This document shows positions 55,011-64,000 of a stretch of 64,000 nucleotides of DNA, in pieces (the first letter of the stretch is position 1; each line of letters begins with the position of its first letter). A program made the position numbers and the translations under genes. Source of the stretch: Octopus vulgaris (taxonomy: Eukaryota); the NCBI GenBank assembly GCA_951406725.2, contig OX597838.1, positions 42,718,001 through 42,782,000 of the forward strand, given 5' to 3'. The notes below the pieces were generated by a model, which was given only the letters and a program-made list of their open reading frames with translations, did not search any database and was not told where the DNA came from.

Positions 55011-55422
55011 GATAAACTTGGCCTTACTCATAATGAAACAGTGAATCTTGTCAATAAACCATTGGAGTGGTCAATGATTCTAAATTAGGGTCCAATTACA
55101 TAAAACTCTCTAGGTTATAATGAAGCCCAGACCTTTCTTCAATTTCACTGGATTCACCCTGGAATTGTTAGATTTGTTCTGGAGAAAGAGGCTGTGCCAG
55201 GGTATATCACAAGACCCCGACAGACCCGATTCAATTTGGGATGGTTATTACTCATCTATCAAAAAAGAGCATTGGTTTAGATTTCTGCACAAGGCCAGCA
55301 GTTTTGAGGGGAAGGGGTTAGTCAATACACTGACCCAGTACTTTATTTTAAAGACCCTGGAAGGATGAAAGACAAGAATGTTTGACGTTAGCAGGATTTG
55401 AACTCAGAATATAAAGAGATAG

Positions 55423-56251
55423 GAGGTGCATTCCAGAAGTTTAGAGAATTTTTGAGGGGAGGGGTCAGTTATAACTGTCCTAGGTTATTGAAATTTTAGT
55501 ACATCATTGCCATACATTTAATTAGCTGACCTGCCACCAACTTTTGGCATTCCATATTGAAGGAGACTGTTATAACAGCACTTTGAACACATCTTGTCAC
55601 ACCAAACACCACCTGTCACAGCTGATTAGTTTTCAGACTGCAGGTGGGACCAGAAGGCAATTTGGGAGCTTGCTATGCAATGAAGTCCTGTGTTAAACTG
55701 GGCTGCAGAGACTTATGAAATGCTCTTGGCTGCTGAGGAATTGACTTGTGTGAGCTGAGCATCTGTTTTTCACTGGCAGAGGAGGAGGTCACGTAAGGAA
55801 AGTCCACTGGGAGGCTCGTGATGATCCCTTTTTTTGACAGCAAGGGCATCATCTACATCTACTGGGTTCCCTCTGGTCAGATGGTCAACAGTGTTTTGAA
55901 GAGATTTTGAGGGAGTTCAAAAGAGATTTTACTGCAAAAGGCCAGAACACTGCACCAGTCCCCAATTCCATCCTGGTGACCAATCCACTTGATAGAGATG
56001 GGCATCAGAACAGTTCCTCACCCTCCATACAGTCAGATCATGCACCGTGACTTTTGGTTGTTCCCCAGTCTGAAGGAGAAGAGGGAGACTGTGAGAAGGG
56101 CCCGAACCCTTTCACCTGGGAGGACTTCCATGGGGCCTTTACAAAATGGCTGGAGCACTATAAGTGCTCACAAGTCAGAGAACCCAACTTTGAAGATTAG
56201 AGTTTTGTACTTCTTTGAAATTAATATTGCAAAACTTCTGGAAAGCCCCTT
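55423..56251 (+). mobile_element. Internally deleted mariner element with both TIRs
   Basis: TIR pair ttccagaagttt (~55431) / aaacttctggaa (~56232). Internal MIPFFDSKGIIYI.WVPSGQ.VN and PHPPYS....DFWLFP.LK motifs. Confidence 0.8.
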
Positions 56252-56257
56252 GGAGAA

Positions 56258-56419
56258 CTGTGGTTCCCAACCCTTCTATTTAAATGAATTTTCCCATGGA
56301 CCCCTATTAATATGCTTATCCTTATGTATACCTATGAAATTTTGAATTTACTTCACGGACCCCAAGTACTGCCTTAGTGGACCACCAGGGGTCCAAGGAC
56401 CCCAGGTTAGGAACCACTG
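56258..56419. mobile_element. hAT (Charlie-like) MITE
   Basis: Ends ctgtggttcccaacc / ggttaggaaccactg, with an imperfect 8-bp flank duplication ttggagaa/ttgtacaa. Confidence 0.7.
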
Positions 56420-56436
56420 TTGTACAAGAAATAACC

Positions 56437-56556
56437 TGGCACTACTTAAATCCAGAGGTCCCAATGCATCTGTGTAACAATGTTTTTACAGTGCACACTT
56501 GTTAGGGGGTTAGGGTTAGGCAGATGCGTTGGGGCCTCTGTATTTAAGTAGTGCCA
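56437..56556. mobile_element. 120-bp MITE-like element with 36-bp inverted arms and internal TTAGGG repeats
   Basis: Arms 56437-56472 and 56521-56556 are reverse complements with 3 mismatches. The spacer ends ttagggggttagggttagg. Confidence 0.7.
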
Positions 56557-58231
56557 ATAATCCTTTCTACTATAGGCACAAAGCTTGAATTTTGTGGGCA
56601 GGAGAGAAATCACTGACCCCAGTGCTCAACTGGTCCATCAACCCCCCCAAAAAGATGAAAAGCAAAGGTGATCTCGGCAGCATTTGAACTGAGAATGTAA
56701 AAATGGATGACATTCTGCTAAGCATTCTGTCCACTGTGTCAGCTCATTGCCCGGCATTTCACAAGAATAAAACACTTGCACAAACACGATTCCAATTAAA
56801 ATTAAAGGGGGGGGGGGACCTTGCTCTTCTTTTCGGATTATGGCTGCTGTTGCTTAGTGAGTGGGATTGACTCAGTGCACAGCCTTTCCCCACTTTAAAA
56901 ATAAATCTTCTTGCACAGGCATTGCACAATAAGAACATTGATTAAGCTTTGTGCAATGGCCATACTCGATAACGAGGGGGCAGCCACCATGTGTATGTAT
57001 GTACCCATGTGTGTCTTTGTGCCTACCCCCCCCCTACCGCTTGACAACCGGTACTAGTGTATTTATGTCCCCGTAACTTAGCAGTTCAGCAAAAGAAACA
57101 GATAGAATAAGTACTAGGCTTAAAAAAAAGAAAGCCTGGGATCAATTTGCCTGACTGAAACCCTTCAAGACAGTGCCCCAGCATGGCCACAGTGAAATGA
57201 CTGAAACCAGAAGAAGAGAAAAGAATTTATGAAACTCATTCAGCTGCTGTTTGGAAGATGAATCAACATGAAAGTTTGATGGAAGGTTTTTCATTTGGAT
57301 CACTTTAAACACAGGGAATTTGTATCAAAGAACAAGGAGCAGTTTCAGGTAGGTTAGTATAAAAAGGGGTCAAACACACAGTTATAACCTTGACCTTCTT
57401 CTATAAAAGACTCTTTTCATGAATGAAACTCTTCTCACCATCTTCAATTTTCTTTTCCATCAAAAATTTCCGTTCATCCTTAACTTATCCCTTCGTCCCT
57501 ATAACACCCCAATCACCCAACCAATTCCATGTCACTCACCACTGATTGTTGTCTTCACCAACGTTTTCCTCCTCATCATTTAATGCCTTTTTTTCCATGC
57601 TGGCATGGGTCGGATGGTTCAACATAAATCGACAAACCTGACGGCTGCACTGAGCACCAATGTCTTCTTAGCCTTCGACAACTGGATTCCCTTCCTAATG
57701 CCAACCACTTCACAGAACATTATGGGTGTGCTTTTTCATGGAACCCCTCATGTATTACAAATCCTTAAACAAGACTGAAACCAGGTGACGTCTCTGTCAC
57801 TTTCCTTGACATCCAAGCAATCTCAAATTCCCCAAAATTCTACCCTTCAATTCTCGAAGCAACTCCACCAAATCTTGATGGAAGAAAAGAAAAACATTCA
57901 CACCTGAGACACGTTTGGACTCACAGACATTAACAAACCCACCACAAACTTTTAATGAGATTCTACTCTTTTCCTGTTAAGGAGGAGGTTGGCAGTTTAG
58001 ATGAGAAGATTACAATGATGGAGAGGAGGAGGAGAGGCTGAGAAGAAAACAACACTTTAGATAGATGTCAATAAGATGTGAACTTTATACATTGAGCCAA
58101 CACGGAAGAAGGGTGGTCGCAATGCTGGAAGGATGGCTATGGTTGGAGGGGAGGTTGGCAATTCAATTAAGGAAGAAATAAAAGACCCCCCCCCAAAAAA
58201 AAAACCCATCTTTTTCTTCTTATATTATTGG

Positions 58232-58592
58232 TGCAGGATTGGGTGCGTGGTAAGAAGTTTACTTCCCAACCACATGGTTCTGGGTTCAGTCCCACTGTGT
58301 GGCACCTTGGGTAAGTGTCTTCTACCATAGCCTTGGGCCAACCAAAGCCTTGTGAGTGGATTTGGTAGTGAGAAACTGAAGTGTGTGTGTTTATACCCCA
58401 CCATTGCTTGACAACTGGTGTCAGTGGGTTTATGTCCCTGTAACTTAGCAGTTCAGCAAAAGAAACCAATAAAATAAGTACCAGGCTGAAAAAAGAAAAA
58501 AAGTACTGGGTTTGATTCAGCTGATTAAAATTTTTTCAAGGGCTGTGCTCCAGCATGGCCACAGTCTAATGATGGAAACAAGTGAAAGACAA
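58232..58592 (+). mobile_element. tRNA-derived CORE-like SINE, family B (near full-length copy)
   Basis: gtggtaagaag..cttcccaaccacatggttctgggttcagtcccactg, then CORE-like tggcaccttgggtaagtgtcttct, internal (GT)n and 3' ctccagcatggccacagtc. Other copies at ~920-1060(+), 5737-5890(+), 8120-8485(+), 18790-18945(-), 21258-21612(+), 23950-24430(-), 24890-25225(-), 27830-27970(-), 48735-49050(-), 54160-54300(+), 57000-57225(+). Confidence 0.85.
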
Positions 58593-58618
58593 AAGGCAGC
58601 AGATTATTGCAAATATCT

Positions 58619-58624
58619 TTTAAT
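58619..58624 (-). terminator. Possible NUP50 polyadenylation signal (ATTAAA)
   Basis: ATTAAA on the minus strand ~190 nt after the stop codon, just before a SINE. A hexamer only. Confidence 0.25.
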
Positions 58625-58809
58625 AAAATCAAACGTAAATTGCATCCTTTTGTATCAGAAAATCCACGATAGAGTTAAGAGTCTTTTTCATGATACAGGT
58701 ATGTTTTTTCTGAAGGAATGGAGGGACAAAAAAAAAAAAAAAGGTATGTAAAGGAGGTAGAGATAGCAGTCCCTAAAAACGTTGACAGAATTAAACGATG
58801 GCTCCATCA

Positions 58810-59036
58810 TTAGACGTTCTCTTGAGAATCTGTTCCATGTTTATGTTTGTTGAGCTGTGCCAGGAGGTCGTCAGCTTCCTCACCACTCTTCACTCGGATC
58901 AGCAACGGCACTGGTTTATTCTCGGTCCCGCCCTTCGTTAAGGGAGGGTTTGGAATGCATACAAGGCTCACATTGTTTTTGCCTTGCCTTTTGAGTTGCA
59001 TTGTTGGAAACAACATTATGTTGAGGAGAATGTTCC
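58810..59036 (-). CDS. NUP50: Nucleoporin NUP50, last coding exon (C-terminal half of the RanBP1-like domain)
   Basis: Acceptor ttttgcAG|, phase 1: (G)NILLNIMLFPTMQLKRQGKNNVSLVCIPNPPLTKGGTENKPVPLLIRVKSGEEADDLLAQLNKHKHGTDSQENV*. Matches the NUP50 motifs GNILLN...GKNNV..VCVPNPP...MLIRVK..E.ADEL. TAA at 58810-58812. Confidence 0.95.
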
Positions 59037-61484
59037 CTGCAAAACAAGAGAAAGGCTGAGAGTCAAACCAAAACTCACGATTACACAACTGACACAAGTT
59101 ACCATGACGACAATTGGAGACTAAGTTTATTGATTAGAAACAATGTTTAATACACAAATCTTCCTGACAAGATATACAGAGCTAATTGCAATCAGGCAAT
59201 TAACCCCTTTCCTATTATATTTCTGCTGAAATACCATTCTCTTTGTTGTAATTAATTTTGAAATTCAGAATTTAGTAAAAATAACTGTCATTATTATAAT
59301 CTGATGTGGCAAGTTGGCAGAATCCTTGGCACAGTGGGGGAAATGCTTAGCAGTGTCTTGTCAGTCTTTATGTTTTGAGTTCAAACTCTGCTGAGGTCGA
59401 CTTTGCTTTTCATCTTTTGGGGTTGATAAAAGAAGTACCATTTGAGCAGTAGGGTCAATGTAATCAACTTACTCCTGCCATGAAATTGCTGGCCTTGTGC
59501 CAAAATTTGAAATCCTTATCATCATAATCTGATATTTGAAATAAATGAACATGAAATTTTGATGGCAGTTTGTATCAAGGAATCAGGTGTAGTCCGAGGT
59601 GGATTGGTAACAACAGGATTAAACAACATCCAGGTAATCTGGTCCCAACAGTAAAGAGATACAACGATAAAACACAAAACTGCACCCAAAAAGTGAACCT
59701 TCTGAGTTCAAATCTAGTCTAGAGCAATGCATATATGACAGGTGAACAGATCAAAATGTAGTGTTTTATCCCAAAATCGTGTCTGAATCCAAGAAATGAG
59801 ATCAACTCAACAGAGAGGAGAAGGGACGTAACTCCTCCTTATGACTTGGTGTGTGATGAACAATTGGAGGGGCCAGAAATAACGAAATAACCCCAGGAAC
59901 AAAGACTGGGGTCTAAATATCAAGTTCGGTTTGTTTCAGTATTCAACTTCAGAGTTGTCGTCTTCATAGGAATCACGTAACCTCAAAAAAATTGCTCAGA
60001 ATATTTTAAAATTTCTATTTAGAACTTTGTGAGAGAAGGAAAAGTAGGGACGTTTTTAGGGTTTCTGAGACTGGAAGGAGGAAGTTATTGAGACTAAAGG
60101 CTTTGCTTAATATTTATTAAAACAATGAACTCTACAAATGCTAGGAGGGTGCCGAGGGCAATAGGCTAAGTCCACCACCACCACCACCACCACAACAAAA
60201 GGTATGAAACAGTAAGAGGGCTTCTGCACAGTTTCCATTGACCCAATATCACATCAAAGGATTGGATTAGCCTGAGGCTATGGTTAGAAGAGACTTGCCC
60301 AAAGTTTTGAATGGAAACTGAGACAAAAAACCCCAACAAAACGTGATTGGGAAGAAAACTTCATCTGCATCTGGCGATACCTGTGTCCATATAAAAAGAA
60401 TGAAATGTCCAAACTGACCCAACAGGGTCAAACTGATAACCTAAACCAAATAATGTGGTCAGATTGTCATAGTGTGTTGAACACCACACAACCACAGGTA
60501 GAGCCCTATGAAAACAATACAAGGACCAGGGGCAGAGTAAAGTATTTGATGACCCTTGTTTAAGTTCAGCACCACCAAATAAGAGCAAACTGTAGCATCT
60601 GACCTGGTGAAATAGTTTGACCTTAAACTTGACCGGTAAACTTATCTTATCATGCCTGAACAAATAATAATAATGACAATAAGGATAATTTCAAATTTTT
60701 GCCACAAGGGCAGCTTGTGGGAGGGGATTAATTCAATTACATTGACCCCAGTGCATAACTGGTACATATTTAAAAGATCCCGAAAGGATGAAAGGCAAAG
60801 AACATAGCGATGGGCAAAATAACGCCAAGCATTTTGTCTGGTGTGCTAACAATTCTGCCAGCTCACCACCTTAATAACAATAATAATAATAATGATAATA
60901 ATTCTTTCTAACTTTGGCACAAGCTGATTACATTGACCTCAATACCAGGGTGGTACTTTATTTTCTCCTTCTCCCCACCCACGAAAGGCAAAGTCGACCT
61001 TGGTAGTATTTGAATTTGGCAGCATTTAGGAAGAAATGCTCCAAAGCATTTCCTCCAGCACAGGAAACAAGAGCCACCAGTCCACAGCTTTTGTCGCTTC
61101 AAATTTTGGCACAAGACAAGCAATTTTGAGACGGAGCAAGTGGAGACCCTCTTTCGTTTTCCATCCTTCTTATAAAATACTTTCCATCTACATCTCAGTA
61201 TAGAAATGGAAGCATTTTACAACAGTTGTCGAGGAAGAAGAAGAAAAAAGAAAAAACGAGAAGCTAAACTGACAAGAATTCCTTCGATAATATTAGGAAA
61301 CTATCAGGAAGCACAATCCTGTAATAATTCATTGTTAAAAGAACTTCACCAAAACTTAGCTTTACGCTGTGTCTCTCCAGAAGAAGGCAAATATTAATTT
61401 GGTAAATGAAAATACTGGAATGGAGCAGTGAAGATGATTGTTGTTGTTGTTGTTCTCATCAGAGAGAAGCAGAAGATAACCTAC

Positions 61485-61600
61485 CCAAGTTTGTGTCGGC
61501 ACGAATGATGAGTTGGGCTTTGTCTTGGAATGGTTTCACGTGCAAGTTTCCAATGCCTTTATCAATCCAATTCTTGTCTTTCTCATAAAACAGTTTGCAT
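61485..61600 (-). CDS. NUP50: Nucleoporin NUP50, penultimate coding exon
   Basis: 116-bp exon, cctctAG|...|GTaggt, encoding CKLFYEKDKNWIDKGIGNLHVKPFQDKAQLIIRADTNL(G). It ends in phase 1 and joins the last exon as RADTNLGNILLN, the NUP50 signature. Confidence 0.95.
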
Positions 61601-61802
61601 CTAGAGGAGGGAGACAGAAAAATGATAGAAATACATCAAAGAGAACGTCATTCATTGTAAGACAGATTCTTGGTTGTCAAGTGATATTCTCTGCAATTAT
61701 CGAATATAGTCGCAGAGAGATTCTCACTGGCACCGAAAAGTTGGCATGTTTAATGTTTATCAATCGGGAATTGATAAAAGATTACAACGTTTTTATTAAA
61801 GA

Positions 61803-62001
61803 TATTGTTGTATTTCGGAATGGTCATTTTGCCAGTTTAGCCAATAAAAACACACGCACTATATATTTGGTGTTACTTTGCTTCAGCGTTATTTATCTTT
61901 CACATTAATCTTAATCTTATTTCGGCCAGAGTTCTTTCGTCACACTCCTGTGACCTCATCAGATAAATAAACAAATGGAAGTAAATAACTATAAACATTA
62001 A

Positions 62002-62037
<36 letters not shown>

Positions 62038-62448
62038 TAATAAAAATAAGTAGGTGTAAACACATGAACAAAATAAAAATAAACAAAACCAAAAACAAAT
62101 TACACAAACGTATATAAACAGGAGATACAAATATTACAGGCATTTCCCTCCCTCCACGCACTAACTAAACATAGACACACATAGAGATATAAGCATGTAC
62201 AAATGAAGACACATACAATAGGAATACAAAATGGCTGACGGTTAGTAAGGAGAGACACACAAATAAGAAAGAAGAAAGCAAAGGATCACTGATGAGGTCA
62301 CAGGAGTGTGACGAAAGAACTCTGGCCACAATAAGATTAAGATTAATGTAAAAAATAAATAACACTGAAGCAAAGTAGCACCAAATATATAGTGCGTACG
62401 TTTTTATTGGCTAAACTGGCAAAATGACCATTCCAAAATACAACAATA
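61803..62448. repeat. 160-bp inverted repeat (arms 61803-61962 and 62289-62448), probably Penelope-derived
   Basis: Manual alignment gives ~9 mismatches in 160 bp. Both arms start internally at CTGATGAG. Confidence 0.9.
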
Positions 62449-63039
62449 ACTGTTTCAACACACAATTTCACATCAAAAATCTTGCAAAACAAATATATAA
62501 ACGTTTTATTAAAGACTTAAATTCTAATAAAAATGAATTTTAACATGACAGATGAAGGCATAATGGGTGACTCTGATTGTCATTTTTCATCAAATAATCT
62601 GGATGAAATATTATCTGAAGAATGGTCAGACACTGAACTTTTTTCAAGTGTTGTTGGTTCCAAAACATCTTCAAGACTTGATGTGAAGCCTGTTGAGTAA
62701 TTTTTACATTTCCCATCAAGTTTTGATTCCACCAGTCAAAACTCAATATAAAGAGCTTATCTGAAAATTTCATAATGGAATAAGAAAGATCCGAGGAAAA
62801 CGGTTTTTTTTCCCACTTGGGACTAATCGTATTTAATTTACTATCAACATCTTCCTTTTCTCGATCTCTGTGTGTATCTGTTTTTGTTAATTACTATTAT
62901 GTAATTATTTAACAGCCACCCATGAACAACATTATGTTTAACACAAATGACTATTTCCATAAAAAAAAGAAAACCACTCCTCATTTCTGCAATTCTACCA
63001 ATTTTCACAATAATCTGACCCCAAGTCGAGACACTATAA

Positions 63040-63800
63040 ACATTTGAGGGAACCTGTGGAAGAGGTAGACCAAGGAAGACCTGGGATGAGGTGGTGAAGT
63101 ATGACCTTCGAACATTAGGCCTCACCAAGGAAATGACTAGCGACCGAGACTTTTGGAAATATGCTGTGCTTGAGAAGACCCGGCAAGCCAGATGAGAACA
63201 TAACCCCTGGCCTATGCCAGGAGCATAACCAGCCTGCTTATGTGTACCTTTTCCTCCTTTGGTCACTAAACTCTGCTTGCGAAGACCTGTTGAGGCAAGT
63301 GAAATCAAAATCAAAATCAATTCGATGACTGGCATCCGTGCAAGCAGGGGGCAAAGAGGACCATACGAGTGTGATCGTTGACAGAGCGGCTATTCGAGTA
63401 TGATTGTTACCAGCATCGCCTTACTGGCACTTATGCCTGTGCTAGTAGGGTGCCAAGAACACCATCCGAGCGTGATTGTTGCCAGAGCAGCCAACTGGCT
63501 TCCGTACCCATGGCACGTAAAAGAGCACCATTCAAGCGTGATCATTACCAACGTCGCTTCACTGGCACCTGTAAAAAGATTTGAGTGAGGTCATTGCATG
63601 ACTGGCCCCCATGTCAGTGGCACGTAAAAAGCACCCACTACCCTCTCGGAGTGGTTGGCATTAGGAAGGGCATCCAGCTGTAGAAAATCTGCCAGATCAA
63701 GACTGGAGCCTGGTGCAGCCATCTGGTTTGCCAGCCCTCAGTCAAAATCGTCCAACCTATGCTAGCATGGAAAGCAGACGTTAAACGATGATGATGATGA
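63040..63800 (+). mobile_element. RTE-clade LINE 3' fragment in a NUP50 intron
   Basis: EGTCGRGRPRKTWDEVVKYDLRTLGL-coding stretch, tandemly repeated 3' UTR motif, (GAT)n tail at ~63787-63800. Tail-only or short copies at ~520-725, 1995-2170, 5905-6090, 10725-10925, 10950-11210(-), 11330-11770, 19190-19510(-), 25830-25970, 29567-29720(-), 40150-40705, 43610-43870, 44540-44850, 47185-47720(-), 57575-57740(-). Confidence 0.85.
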
Positions 63801-64000
63801 AAAATATTGAAATATTACAAATATTTATCTTGACATTTTGGGTAAAATATCCCTTTTCCAAAGTTTTAAAAGAACAAGAAGAAAAAAAAAAACATTCATG
63901 TGGTGGATCCGGCGTGTCTGCGTGAATGGTTGTGAAAAGACCAAGTGGAATTTATGAATAGGGATTTTGTTGAGATTGAGGCTATTTCAGGAATCATTTA

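Noticed and set aside
62524-62700. Acidic short ORF, or a further NUP50 exon
   Set aside because: No NUP50-like sequence or phase-2 donor found; at best a transposase N-terminal remnant.

Overview
AT-rich, microsatellite- and transposon-dense eukaryotic DNA. The SINE/RTE repertoire and the homopolymer-rich exon style suggest an octopus (coleoid cephalopod); this is inferred, not proven. Two protein-coding genes lie in tandem on the minus strand. (1) The last two exons of nucleoporin NUP50 (Ran-binding domain) are at 61485-61600 and 58810-59036. (2) The 5' part of an E78-type (NR1E/Eip78C) nuclear receptor comprises a ~1.1 kb low-complexity A/B-domain exon (32729-~33836) that joins in phase, across a ~32.6 kb intron, to the first DNA-binding-domain exon (97 down to the window edge; FVPCKVCGDRASGYHYG). 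Almost all other ORFs in the track are artefacts of repeats. The remainder is two SINE families, RTE/CR1/R4-like LINE fragments, Penelope-like remnants, Tc1/mariner/Tigger/hAT remnants, MITEs and a decayed tRNA-Trp. The most unusual observations are a 160-bp inverted repeat with a hammerhead-like core in a NUP50 intron, the unresolved start codon of E78, a possible poison exon, and a cluster of nuclear-receptor half-sites upstream of E78. No clearly novel multi-gene system is demonstrable from the sequence alone. Repeat boundaries are approximate (read by eye).
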